This document shows positions 48,193 to 57,916 of a stretch of DNA of 64,000 nucleotides, one piece after another. Under the pieces are notes generated by a model. It was not told the origin of the DNA. It was given only the letters and a program-made list of their open reading frames with translations, and did not search any database. Each line of letters begins with the position of its first letter. Position 1 is the stretch's first letter. The position numbers were made by a program, and so were the translations under genes. The DNA lies in the IMG/VR virus record IMGVR_UViG_3300043426_000266, positions 1 through 64,000 of that record; one strand, given 5' to 3'.

Positions 48193-48276
48193 GTTCACCT
48201 CCGTTCAAATGATATAATGAGTTTGTTTATTTCTACATTCTTGAACGAAGTAAATTCGAACAAGACTGACTAAGTT

Positions 48277-50766
48277 ATGAATAAAGACATAAGAGCCATA
48301 GTAATGTTTATCAAGCGATTATTAGTGATTGGGTTTGAGAGAATATCTCATAACAATATAAAAAAATTAGAGGTCTTCTTTACAAATGCATTCCAACTCT
48401 TTCTTGGTACAAATGGAAGCGGCAAGTCATCATTACTTCAGCAACTCACCCCATACCCATCACATAAGGATGATTTCTCATCTGAGGGTTATCGGGAAAT
48501 TGAAATAGAATTTGGTGGGTCGACTTATATTTGTATAGATGATCATCGAATTGGTAAATTTTCAATGATTAAAGATGGTGAACTTATAAATGATAAATCA
48601 ACCGCGTCAGTGCAAAAAGGTTTAATCCTCCAAATTTTTGGATTAGATAAAACCTTGGTTGATATTCTTACTGATAAATTAGTCTTTACCGAAATGCAAC
48701 CAAGTCAACGTCGTGAAATTATCATGACGGCTTCTAAGATTGATATTGAGAAAGGTTTGGAATTTCTAGAATTTATTGGGGATAAAAATAACTATCTTAA
48801 ACAGTATTCAAAAAATCTAGCCAAGCGTTTAATTGATGAGGAGAAATCCCTCCCAACTGATTCTCATATCCAGGAGTTGAATCAACAACGTCAAAACATC
48901 TTAGATGATTTAAGTATCTTAGATACAATGGGCGTTCAACCTACCGTAACGCAAGATCAACAATTTCTACTTGATCGAATGGAAGAATTGAAAAGCAAAG
49001 CAAAATACAATGCAATGCGTTTCATGGAAACACCGGCGATCTTGTCAAGAGTTAAAGATGAAACTGATTCATTTGAAATTCGTTCTCGTTTAAAATATCA
49101 AGTTGAAACAATTGAAGGTTATCAAGAACAACTCATTCATGAAATTGAGATGATTGAAAATCACCTTGGATTAGATCGAAAAGAAGTTACGAATATTGAT
49201 GACTCAATTAAAGAAAAACAAACGCTTGAAAATGAGATTAAGAAAATTGAATTAGAGGGGGGAGAATTTCTTTATTTGGGTGATGGTTTTAAACAAGCAG
49301 TGAGTTCTTCGCAAACGCTTTACGAAGAATTAAGAACAATCTTTACTGAACTCGCAGATAATTCAAATGGTTATTTTAGTAAAGAGAAAAAACTTGCAAA
49401 CGTTGAGAAGATAATTTCAATCGGTAACCAAATCCATCTTTATAAAACATCCATTTATGAATTAGAACATGAGTTAAAGAAGCATGTTCAGGGTGAACAT
49501 ATTCATTGTCCAAAATGTAAGTATGATTTCATCCCTGGCGTCAGTGGTACGTTGTTTGATGCTGAAGAAAAACTCAAAACCAATCAAATACAACTTTCTA
49601 AATTAGAACGTTTATTGGAAGAAGAGAAAGTTTATCAAACTGAGATTAATCAGTTTCAAAACACCCTCTTGGAAATAGAGCGATTAAACCGCCACTATAC
49701 TCAGCATAGTCATCTTTTTGTAAAACTTAAAGCTTATGGATATAACTCAAACCCACCAAGTCACTGTTTGACCATTCTTTCAGATTGGTTTAAAGGGTGT
49801 GGTTTGACACTACGATATAATGAATTACATTTACGGTTAGCGGCTGTAACTGAATGTATTCGTGTTTATAAACTTGAGGATGCTCAGAAAAGAAAAGAGA
49901 AAGAAGATTTACTTGAGAAACACAATGATCAGTATAATAGTTACATTGATCAAAAACAAGTATTGAACGATAAGATTAAACAAATTGATCAGTATTTAAA
50001 GTATGTTAGTAATCTAAAGGAGTGGATTAAAGAAACTGAATCCTTATCTGTTGAAATGGATGAGGTGAAAATGCAATTACTCAATAACATGCAACATAAG
50101 TTTGTTGTGGAATCTAAAGCACAACTAAACAACGAACTTGCTTTAACTGATTCAGAATTAAATAAAGTTACTTACTCAATCCTTAATAGAAAAAACCTTG
50201 TTAAAGAAAAAGAAGAAGTTGATCTTAGTAAGGAGAATCTTGCAATTTGCATGGCTGAACTTTCACCAAAGACTGGGTTTTTAGGTGATGTTATGAATGA
50301 TTTTATTGGTGAGTTTATAGCAATGATGAACAACATCATTGCTTCAGTTTGGACTTATCCAATGGAGTTGTTGCCTTGTCGAAATAAAAAAGGGGATTTA
50401 GATTTTTATTTTCCTGTACAGATTCATAACTCAGACAAACCAAATGCAGATATTGCTGAAACATCTGGCGCACAGAGTAAGATTATTAACTTTGCTTTTA
50501 AATACCTCATGATGAAAACACACGGATTAGAAAACTATCCCATGTTTTTAGATGAGTTTACCAATGGAATGGATGAAGTACATATTGTAAGAATGATAAA
50601 ATTAGTTTACGACATGGTGGAAACGGAAATGTGCAGTCAACTATTTATGATCCTACATCAATCAAATCAATATGGTTCATTCTCACAAGCAGAGTGTCTC
50701 GTTGTTAACACAGACAATCTACAAACATTACCCGAACACTACAATGCTCATGCTAAATTTAATTAG
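48277..50766 (+). CDS. sbcC: SbcC/Rad50-like ATPase
   Basis: GTNGSGKSS Walker A, CPKC zinc hook, TSGAQ signature, MFLDE Walker B; the start may be 48304. Confidence 0.9.
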   Translation: MNKDIRAIVMFIKRLLVIGFERISHNNIKKLEVFFTNAFQLFLGTNGSGKSSLLQQLTPYPSHKDDFSSEGYREIEIEFGGSTYICIDDHRIGKFSMIKDGELINDKSTASVQKGLILQIFGLDKTLVDILTDKLVFTEMQPSQRREIIMTASKIDIEKGLEFLEFIGDKNNYLKQYSKNLAKRLIDEEKSLPTDSHIQELNQQRQNILDDLSILDTMGVQPTVTQDQQFLLDRMEELKSKAKYNAMRFMETPAILSRVKDETDSFEIRSRLKYQVETIEGYQEQLIHEIEMIENHLGLDRKEVTNIDDSIKEKQTLENEIKKIELEGGEFLYLGDGFKQAVSSSQTLYEELRTIFTELADNSNGYFSKEKKLANVEKIISIGNQIHLYKTSIYELEHELKKHVQGEHIHCPKCKYDFIPGVSGTLFDAEEKLKTNQIQLSKLERLLEEEKVYQTEINQFQNTLLEIERLNRHYTQHSHLFVKLKAYGYNSNPPSHCLTILSDWFKGCGLTLRYNELHLRLAAVTECIRVYKLEDAQKRKEKEDLLEKHNDQYNSYIDQKQVLNDKIKQIDQYLKYVSNLKEWIKETESLSVEMDEVKMQLLNNMQHKFVVESKAQLNNELALTDSELNKVTYSILNRKNLVKEKEEVDLSKENLAICMAELSPKTGFLGDVMNDFIGEFIAMMNNIIASVWTYPMELLPCRNKKGDLDFYFPVQIHNSDKPNADIAETSGAQSKIINFAFKYLMMKTHGLENYPMFLDEFTNGMDEVHIVRMIKLVYDMVETEMCSQLFMILHQSNQYGSFSQAECLVVNTDNLQTLPEHYNAHAKFN

Positions 50767-50786
50767 ATATATATTATTTACATGAA
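50765..50786 (+). promoter_or_regulatory. Early-promoter-like motif
   Basis: AGATATATATTATTTACATGAA. Confidence 0.75.
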
Positions 50787-50801
50787 CCAAGTGGAGCTAT
50801 T

Positions 50802-51563
50802 ATGGAAAACTTTTTTACTTTATCAATCTTTTGGATTGGTGTTTTTGTGATTGGACTCGTGCTCTTGTTTATTGGAGTAACCTGGTGCGTAGCATTAAAA
50901 CGTACCTCAATGATGTTTCGTTTAAAAGTCCTTGGTAAATACTTTATCTTCTTTCCGGAGGAGATTAGAGAGAATATTCGTCCAGGCATCCTCAGACGCT
51001 ATGTATCGCAGTATACGAAAGGTTTAACCCGAAACCTGATGAATGTTACCATCTCGACTTTTGAAGCCAATACGGGGCTTAAATCGCGTTTAAACCGCAA
51101 TGTATTAAATTACACATTTTACGCGAAAGGTTTAGAATACGACTTTCTGTTGAGTCTTTGTTTAATGCAAGTGAAATACCTCACTAACGGCGTTGGCGTA
51201 AACGAAGATACAATCGATGCTTGGTTACGAAGGCTGAACACCCTAATCTCAAATCGTTATATTACAAAAGCAATTTCTCAAGAAGCAAGAAACATGCTTC
51301 TGGCTGAATTGATTAAACGATTCATCGATCGAGCATTCCCTGATTTTCGATTTAAGAATGTCTTCTATACAGACTTTGTTCGAGATGTTCATATCATTGA
51401 AAAGATTGAACCTATCCTTGAACTTGCATTAGAGGATATCGAAGTAGAAAATCTTTTATTTAAGATGGAAATAAAATCAACTGTTTTATTTAATAAATCC
51501 ATTGCGCGTCACCGTATGTGGATTTATCAAAATGCCGTGTTGTGCCGTTGTTGGATAAAATAA
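50802..51563 (+). CDS. Hypothetical protein with N-terminal membrane anchor
   Basis: Hydrophobic residues 4-32; GGAG RBS. Confidence 0.7.
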   Translation: MENFFTLSIFWIGVFVIGLVLLFIGVTWCVALKRTSMMFRLKVLGKYFIFFPEEIRENIRPGILRRYVSQYTKGLTRNLMNVTISTFEANTGLKSRLNRNVLNYTFYAKGLEYDFLLSLCLMQVKYLTNGVGVNEDTIDAWLRRLNTLISNRYITKAISQEARNMLLAELIKRFIDRAFPDFRFKNVFYTDFVRDVHIIEKIEPILELALEDIEVENLLFKMEIKSTVLFNKSIARHRMWIYQNAVLCRCWIK

Positions 51564-51567
51564 ACCA

Positions 51568-51595
51568 AATTGGGTTATCGTAAGGTAACCCAATT
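51568..51595 (+). terminator. Hairpin with GTAA tetraloop
   Basis: AATTGGGTTATC-GTAA-GGTAACCCAATT. Confidence 0.6.
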
Positions 51596-51622
51596 CAACT
51601 ATGCAGATTAACGAGGTTTATC

Positions 51623-53689
51623 ATGGAAAAAGAAGGTGTTAAACTCACACCCCACGCAGCCAAAATACTGAATGCTAAACTCTATGAAGCATCCAATACT
51701 TATCATAATCATGGTAAGTCGAATCTATCTGATGAAGTTTATGATCAATTATTTCATCAATTAAAAGAATATGTGGAAACAACCGACTGGACAATTGTTA
51801 ACCCGATTGATTTCTTTGACCCGATTACAACTCGAGTAGGTGCACCAATATCTAGTAACTTACCGAAAATCAAACACGAGGAACAGTTGTTGTCCTTAAA
51901 GAATGTATTTTCAATTGCTGATATTAAGAATGAATTAAATCGCAGTAGAGTGATTATTCTTAACCCTAAGTTAGATGGGATTGCGATCTCATTAACTTAT
52001 CGCGATGGTAAATTGATACAAGCAGTTACACGTGGTGACGGTGAAGAGGGTGAAAACATTTTCCACACCGTTTCATTGATTCTAAGTATTCCTCGTCTTT
52101 TACCTTTTGAAGCGAATCTCAATGTTCGTGGTGAAATGGTAATAACCAAACACGCATTTAAAAAGATCAATGAATACCGCTTGGCTAACGGTGAGCCAGT
52201 ATACGCAAACTCACGCAATGCTGTATCAGGTATTCTTCGCATGTTGAACCCTGATATGGGGTTATTAAAGCACTTGAGTTTCTTTGCTTATAGCATCGCT
52301 GATTCGTTTATTGACCAAGACACACAGGAGTGGTTTATATCCAATGAATCTGAACCTGGGATAACCGTTGAAAATGTTTTGCGTCGACTACCTTTATTAG
52401 GTTTCTCAGTAAAACGTTTCAAAATTATTAAACCAGGTGATGAAGATAAAATCGAAACCTTTATTAACGATATGACTTTGTTGCGACCTGATTATGATAT
52501 CGACATTGATGGTATTGTTGCCCAATATAGTAGTTTTGAATTGCGTAAAGACATGGGCCATTCATCCAACTATCCTCATTACGCCGTTGCTTACAAATTC
52601 CCGGCTGAAACTGGAGTGGCAATCCTAGAGGGGGTAGAATGGCAAGTGGGTCGTACGGGTGTACTTACTCCAGTTGCGCATATTGATGGTGTTCGATTGG
52701 CAGGGGTTGAAATTACCTCGATCACTTTGCATAACTTTGCTGAGATTAAACGTCTTGGTTTAAAAATTAATGACTCGGTGGTGGTTTCAAGACAAGGGGA
52801 TGTTATTCCTAAAATCTTAAACAATATCATTGACCTTCGGGTTGATGGAGAATATTATCCGGAAATAAACCCCCCTCAAGAGTGTCCTGTATGTTCAGCA
52901 AAAACAACGATGTCTGATGATGGTACATTTATATACTGTCCAAATAGCATGAGTTGCGGCGGCCGTCTTAGAACGTCCATCGAACACTTTGCCTCTCGAG
53001 ATGCAATGGATATTCGTGGCTTGGGGTATGGGTATATTAAGTTCCTTGTGGAAGCCGGTCACTTAACCAAGATCTCTGACGTTTATAAATTGCATGAGTA
53101 TAAGGGGCGACTTTACCAATTAGATGGTTTTGGTAAATTGTCCATTGATAAACTACTCGACTCTATTGAAAAATCCAAGACAACTGATCTTCATCGATTT
53201 ATCTACGGGCTTGGAATTCCAATGGTGGGGTTGGGTACCTCTAAACTTATTTCAACGGCTTTTCGTTCACTTGAAGTAATTTCAAAAGTGAATGTTGAAT
53301 CTTACTTGGACATTGACGGGATTGGAGAAATCACTGCGAATGCAATTGTTGATTACTTTAGCGTTGAAGAAAACCAGGAAATTATTAGTGAGATGATTGC
53401 ATCAGGTGTTAACTTTCATCAGGTGAAATCGGCAGAGCTCTTACCGTTAAAAGGGCAGACATATGTTTTTACGGGGTCATTCAATTTACGCGGCCGTGAT
53501 CAATGGGAAAGACTTGCAGAAAGTTTAGGTGCTAAGATATCTGGATCAGTGTCTGCAAAAACAACTGCACTGGTACAAGGTATCGGTGGTGGCTCTAAAG
53601 CCGCTAAAGCTAATGCCTTAAATATTCCAATTTATCAAGAGGATTATTTTGCTAATTTACTCAATCCACACATTGGTAAAATTAACTAA
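51623..53689 (+). CDS. ligA: NAD+-dependent DNA ligase
   Basis: PKLDG adenylation motif, VRGE, NSRNAVSG, DGIV, AYKFP, WQVGRTG.LTPVA, CPVC zinc finger, HhH repeats, BRCT. Confidence 0.95.
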   Translation: MEKEGVKLTPHAAKILNAKLYEASNTYHNHGKSNLSDEVYDQLFHQLKEYVETTDWTIVNPIDFFDPITTRVGAPISSNLPKIKHEEQLLSLKNVFSIADIKNELNRSRVIILNPKLDGIAISLTYRDGKLIQAVTRGDGEEGENIFHTVSLILSIPRLLPFEANLNVRGEMVITKHAFKKINEYRLANGEPVYANSRNAVSGILRMLNPDMGLLKHLSFFAYSIADSFIDQDTQEWFISNESEPGITVENVLRRLPLLGFSVKRFKIIKPGDEDKIETFINDMTLLRPDYDIDIDGIVAQYSSFELRKDMGHSSNYPHYAVAYKFPAETGVAILEGVEWQVGRTGVLTPVAHIDGVRLAGVEITSITLHNFAEIKRLGLKINDSVVVSRQGDVIPKILNNIIDLRVDGEYYPEINPPQECPVCSAKTTMSDDGTFIYCPNSMSCGGRLRTSIEHFASRDAMDIRGLGYGYIKFLVEAGHLTKISDVYKLHEYKGRLYQLDGFGKLSIDKLLDSIEKSKTTDLHRFIYGLGIPMVGLGTSKLISTAFRSLEVISKVNVESYLDIDGIGEITANAIVDYFSVEENQEIISEMIASGVNFHQVKSAELLPLKGQTYVFTGSFNLRGRDQWERLAESLGAKISGSVSAKTTALVQGIGGGSKAAKANALNIPIYQEDYFANLLNPHIGKIN

Positions 53690-53740
53690 TCCAACTTATT
53701 TATTGAACTACTCAAAATACTTTTATTCGTCGGAGCTGAC

Positions 53741-54394
53741 ATGTACGATAATCTAAAACCCAAAACACTTCAGATAAAAGAAGCTAAAGAACTTATTGCG
53801 CTACATGCAAAAGGGGTTATTCGAATCATTCCACAGAAGTGTTGTGTGTTGCTTATTAAAGGACCAATGGATAATCCTTACATCATGAGTCTAGCTCGTC
53901 AGTATAAGGATTCTTCATGGGTTTATCCGAAACAAAATGAGGTCACCTTCAAGTTTCTATTAGACCCAAAAACTCGTGACCTATTTAAAGGTGTATGTAT
54001 CTTTACAGCGGATGAACTTCTCAAAACATTTGCGGGTAAGATCTATACGAGTGGATTAATACTCATTCCTCGTCGAGAGAAAGATCGAATGTTAAGAGGT
54101 CTCTATTTTGTGCGCACTGGAGATATTAACGTTTATCTTGAGTCTGAATTTGACGATGACAGTGTAAAGGATTTAATCACTAACATCGTACAACATGTAA
54201 AAACGGGTATCGATGAAGGTTTTAAAATCTGGTCTAAATCTGTCGATGCATCGACTGATCTAGTCGATGGTAAACACACTTGCTTTTTAAAAGAGGATAG
54301 ATATATTATTCACAATAACATCAGCGGTGCTGAGGTACTAGATACCGAGCATTTGTTTGATTTCCTATTCGCCATCTACACACTTCACGAGTAA
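53741..54394 (+). CDS. Hypothetical protein
   Basis: 217-aa ORF, GGAG RBS. Confidence 0.7.
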   Translation: MYDNLKPKTLQIKEAKELIALHAKGVIRIIPQKCCVLLIKGPMDNPYIMSLARQYKDSSWVYPKQNEVTFKFLLDPKTRDLFKGVCIFTADELLKTFAGKIYTSGLILIPRREKDRMLRGLYFVRTGDINVYLESEFDDDSVKDLITNIVQHVKTGIDEGFKIWSKSVDASTDLVDGKHTCFLKEDRYIIHNNISGAEVLDTEHLFDFLFAIYTLHE

Positions 54395-54398
54395 AAAG

Positions 54399-54423
54399 AA
54401 AGAGAGGGATTATCCCTCTCTTT
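54399..54423. terminator. Terminator
   Basis: AAAGAGAGGGAT-T-ATCCCTCTCTTT. Confidence 0.75.
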
Positions 54424-54444
54424 TCCTAACAGGACTTATCAGTT

Positions 54445-54825
54445 ATGAAAACACAAATCGACATTTATGACCGCGCAAATAAAACACTCATTGTACCAAG
54501 TTCAACTTGGCTCTATTATCGACAAGAGCGACACAATGATCCAAAAATAGTTGCTACATACTGGCCCTACAATATTAACCTCGCAACAGAATTAAAGATC
54601 TTACGTGATGCGATAGTAGGTGACGAACTTGCTAAAACCTCTGCGACTTATAATGCTGCTCTTGTTCGTTTTGGGTGGGTTGATAAGGGGCTCAATAGTT
54701 TACGTTGGATACCGCTAGCGGAGTTAGTTGAGGGTTACAAAAACAAAACTATCTCTAAAACAAATCGCACTAAGCTTTCTCACATCTGTCGTTTACTATT
54801 TATCTCACTTAAGGATATTAAATAA
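54445..54825 (+). CDS. Hypothetical protein
   Basis: 126 aa, AGGA RBS. Confidence 0.7.
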   Translation: MKTQIDIYDRANKTLIVPSSTWLYYRQERHNDPKIVATYWPYNINLATELKILRDAIVGDELAKTSATYNAALVRFGWVDKGLNSLRWIPLAELVEGYKNKTISKTNRTKLSHICRLLFISLKDIK

Positions 54826-55193
54826 TGGATGAGTATTACACTAATTTAAAACATTTCGTTATGGTGGAAGATGGGTTTTGTATTCGAGGGTCGATTCAAC
54901 TTATCCAATCTGATACGATACATTGGACAGAAGAACAACTTGATCAGCGACTTAAAGAATACACAGATGCTTTAGAACTCATTCTTAGTGACCCTGTATG
55001 TGTTAAGAAGTTATCTAACATGTTAAAAGCAATGGATAATCATGTTGACGAAATCACCGTCGAAGGAAGATTACCAAATGTGGTATCAACTGAAAATTTT
55101 ATTGTAAGTAATAAAAAGATTGAGTTATCGTTAATTCAATTTAGTTATTCGCGTTTTATTCGACGCATTAAGATTGATGCAATATACAATTGA
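54825..55193 (+). CDS. Hypothetical protein
   Basis: TAATG coupling. Confidence 0.7.
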   Translation: MDEYYTNLKHFVMVEDGFCIRGSIQLIQSDTIHWTEEQLDQRLKEYTDALELILSDPVCVKKLSNMLKAMDNHVDEITVEGRLPNVVSTENFIVSNKKIELSLIQFSYSRFIRRIKIDAIYN

Positions 55194-55207
55194 TCCCAAA
55201 TCATTTC

Positions 55208-55229
55208 AGATACATATTACCTACATGAG
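55208..55229 (+). promoter_or_regulatory. Early-promoter-like motif (variant)
   Basis: AGATACATATTACCTACATGAG; nearly identical to 16150. Confidence 0.65.
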
Positions 55230-55339
55230 CTAGATCATTTATTCATTTGACGATGTTTAACAGCTAGCTCATTCATTCTCATTTTCCACATTGAATTGTG
55301 GATAACTAATAGACAGTTGAATCTGTCAAGGAAACTATT

Positions 55340-55993
55340 ATGCGTAACATTACTAAACCTTTAGCTACTAAAACCCATTCGATGAACTTACAAAACGTTT
55401 GCGGGTATTTGAAGGATGTCATCGGTGAGTACGGTTTCGATGCTAAGACGAAAGACCTGTTTGATGTTATTCCTTATACAAATAAGGAAGCAATATTTAG
55501 CAAGACTTTAGTCACCATCAATTACCCTGGTGGAAATAACCCGAAAAGATGTATAGACGCTTTCAGCATAACCAAAGCTGGTGGTGTGTACTCACTATGT
55601 ATCTCGAAGGTAAATGGTGTCGAATACATTAATGCAAAAGTATCTGACCTCCATGATCGTGTAGAGGACGCTCTGCGCGCATTGGAAACTGATGGGTACA
55701 AAGAACAAAAAGAGACATCAGACATTAAGAATAAAAATCTAGAGCGTCTTCGCAATGCAATTAGCAAAGCAAGAACCGCTAAAGGGAAGCGAGCAGACGT
55801 GGGTGATGTAATTCGTCATCTTTATCCAAATCTGCGGATGAAAACTGGGCATCTGTTATTACCTATCCCTTGTAACTTCACGTTGAAATTTATAACCATT
55901 ATCGGTTGCATTATCGTTGAGGTAACTGATCGAAATGGCTATGTTCAACAAATTAAAAAGGTAGATGATCTACTCGTCATTATCGGAGAATAA
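55340..55993 (+). CDS. Hypothetical protein
   Basis: 217 aa, AAGGA RBS after a structured leader. Confidence 0.7.
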   Translation: MRNITKPLATKTHSMNLQNVCGYLKDVIGEYGFDAKTKDLFDVIPYTNKEAIFSKTLVTINYPGGNNPKRCIDAFSITKAGGVYSLCISKVNGVEYINAKVSDLHDRVEDALRALETDGYKEQKETSDIKNKNLERLRNAISKARTAKGKRADVGDVIRHLYPNLRMKTGHLLLPIPCNFTLKFITIIGCIIVEVTDRNGYVQQIKKVDDLLVIIGE

Positions 55994-55998
55994 ATCCG

Positions 55999-56079
55999 AT
56001 GTTCTTAAAACTCTTTGCAGTAGCGATCTTGTTACTCATCTACATTCTGTGGAAAGAGCATAAAGATCGTAACAAATAA
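55999..56079 (+). CDS. 26-aa single-pass membrane microprotein (not in ORF track)
   Basis: MFLKLFAVAILLLIYILWKEHKDRNK; GGAG upstream; terminator follows. Confidence 0.5.
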   Translation: MFLKLFAVAILLLIYILWKEHKDRNK

Positions 56080-56095
56080 AATAGCTATAATAATT

Positions 56096-56128
56096 TAAGG
56101 GACTTTGGTCCCTTATTTTTTTTTTTTT
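56096..56128 (+). terminator. Terminator with T13 tail
   Basis: TAAGGGAC-TTTG-GTCCCTTA plus poly-T. Confidence 0.8.
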
Positions 56129-56175
56129 ATTTTTTATTGAACAAAGTTATAAGTCTTTCATTAGCAAATAAAAAC

Positions 56176-56197
56176 AGATATATATTATTTACGTGAA
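56176..56197 (+). promoter_or_regulatory. Early-promoter-like motif
   Basis: Identical to the 22-mer at 2071. Confidence 0.75.
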
Positions 56198-56222
56198 CCC
56201 GTCACTATACAAGGAAATAAAC

Positions 56223-57074
56223 ATGTCAAACCCAGAACTAACTCTTGAATCAATTACTCTTGCTACCGGTGAAACATCAGTACCTCAAGAAATCGAACGT
56301 GAACGAGCATTTGCTGAAATAAAAGAAGATGCAGATGTACAGTTAGAAGAAACTCAATTCAATCAACCCGACATTGATGGCGCAGTTCTAGAGGAGCAAG
56401 AATATGGTGTCACTGTTATTAAAATGTCCCCTGCGATTGATTCTCACAAAGAAACATTAACAGATGTTCTTGATGTGATGATGATCAATGCCGCGGCAGG
56501 TAATAGTGCTTCAATTTCAGACATTGAAAAAGATTTACTTCGTCAAACCAAAATTGATTTAAGCGAATGCACAGAACTTCTTGAAGCAATTGTATTTGGT
56601 GATACCGTTGAGTTACAAGACGCTTTGTCAGATAAGCGTGTAACATTAAACGGTTTCGCAACGTTCTTACCTATCTCATTATCTAAGAACTTCAATATCA
56701 CCCGCGACATGTTGTTTACTCGTTTTGACAAAACGATTCACGATGCTGTTCGTACTAAAGAGAAATACGCGGCAATGGGTGTCGAAACTTATATTGTCGA
56801 ATCGACTGTTGGGGATAAAGTATTTTACGCCAACAAAGTCAGCAAAGATGTGACTGGCACTAATGATGAGTTTTTCCCTGCTGACAAGTTTGTAAAATCG
56901 ATCAATTACAAGAAAGAGAACTTCTCTCCAATCGATGGTTTGTTTGATCCGACTGATACAAATGCAGTAACAGCACGTTGGAATGTTCTTCGTTCAATGT
57001 TGGAAAAGTTCATTGACGATACGGATGCTAAAGTTGCTGAGTTACTTGATCCGCCTAAAAACGAAACTATTTAA
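56223..57074 (+). CDS. MazG-like / PRA-PH-like nucleoside triphosphate pyrophosphohydrolase
   Basis: SECTELLEA...DTVELQDALSD..V..NG helix pair and KY..MGVET...KFVKSINY tail. Start moved to MSNPEL because the track GTG lies inside the promoter motif. Confidence 0.65.
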   Translation: MSNPELTLESITLATGETSVPQEIERERAFAEIKEDADVQLEETQFNQPDIDGAVLEEQEYGVTVIKMSPAIDSHKETLTDVLDVMMINAAAGNSASISDIEKDLLRQTKIDLSECTELLEAIVFGDTVELQDALSDKRVTLNGFATFLPISLSKNFNITRDMLFTRFDKTIHDAVRTKEKYAAMGVETYIVESTVGDKVFYANKVSKDVTGTNDEFFPADKFVKSINYKKENFSPIDGLFDPTDTNAVTARWNVLRSMLEKFIDDTDAKVAELLDPPKNETI

Positions 57075-57081
57075 TAATTGA

Positions 57082-57107
57082 AAGAGGGAGGGATATCCCT
57101 CCCTCTT
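57082..57107. terminator. Perfect 26-bp palindromic terminator
   Basis: AAGAGGGAGGGATATCCCTCCCTCTT. Confidence 0.8.
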
Positions 57108-57124
57108 CTTTAACCGGAGTTATC

Positions 57125-57916
57125 ATGAATGTATTTGACTTTATCAAAGAAACTACAACTGATCATCGGCTCATCAAATCAATCGCTAAAGGAACAATTG
57201 CACTTAAGAGTCAACGGTTGAGCAACGGTTATAAACTCTACATGACACTGAATGAGGCCGAAGATGAATCTATGATTACCCCAGAAGAAGCGCGTACATT
57301 TCTGGGGGATGATTTTAACTTAAAAGCGTTTACTTTAAAAGACTCTATTTCTTCACAATTGGGATTATACGAAAAGTTTAAAGAAGACGCACCATTGTAT
57401 TTTCAACTTACGCATTTTATTAGTAATTTCTTTAATCTAACACCCATTGGTTTATTTAATAGAAACCTAGATCGTTTGGATGAATTTAAGTTTCGACACG
57501 AAGATTTAACCTTAGAGGCATTATTTAATACCAATTATCGAGTTATGGGGTCGCTTTATCCAACAAGTCCGGAATATCGTTTCTACGCAACAATGCCAAT
57601 TGTCTCAGAAATCTTCAGTGGTTGTCAAACACCATTTGAAGTATTGGCACTTGCTAATCGCGTTATGAAAGATACTCATATTCTTCATGTTAAATCAATC
57701 AAGAAAGGAAATGCCAAGTTTGAGTGGTATTTACCAGATAGTGAAGGCGAGCGACGCAAATTACTCAAACGTAAATCCACCGTTGACATTGGTGTTGGGG
57801 AGTACTTTTCTTTAAAAGATATTATCATTAAGTTTGGTAAATCTGCACCACAACATTCTTCTGTTCCAATTTATACAACTGACGTTCTTAATTCTTTATC
57901 GGAGTTAATGACATGA
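57125..57916 (+). CDS. Hypothetical protein
   Basis: 263 aa, GGAG RBS. Confidence 0.7.
   Translation: MNVFDFIKETTTDHRLIKSIAKGTIALKSQRLSNGYKLYMTLNEAEDESMITPEEARTFLGDDFNLKAFTLKDSISSQLGLYEKFKEDAPLYFQLTHFISNFFNLTPIGLFNRNLDRLDEFKFRHEDLTLEALFNTNYRVMGSLYPTSPEYRFYATMPIVSEIFSGCQTPFEVLALANRVMKDTHILHVKSIKKGNAKFEWYLPDSEGERRKLLKRKSTVDIGVGEYFSLKDIIIKFGKSAPQHSSVPIYTTDVLNSLSELMT

Noticed and set aside
48034-48273. 79-aa plus-strand ORF
   Set aside because: No RBS; the minus strand has a better ORF with a GGAGGT RBS facing the bidirectional terminator.
55282-55305. Two inverted DnaA-box matches (TTTTCCACA, TGTGGATAA)
   Set aside because: Single matches are expected several times by chance in 64 kb of this composition, and the pair is explained by the two arms of the UUGAAU hairpin.
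56223-56440. Acidic N-terminus of the MazG-like protein as a head-targeting propeptide
   Set aside because: The gene sits under an early motif and the site TLE does not fit (S/A/G)-X-E well.
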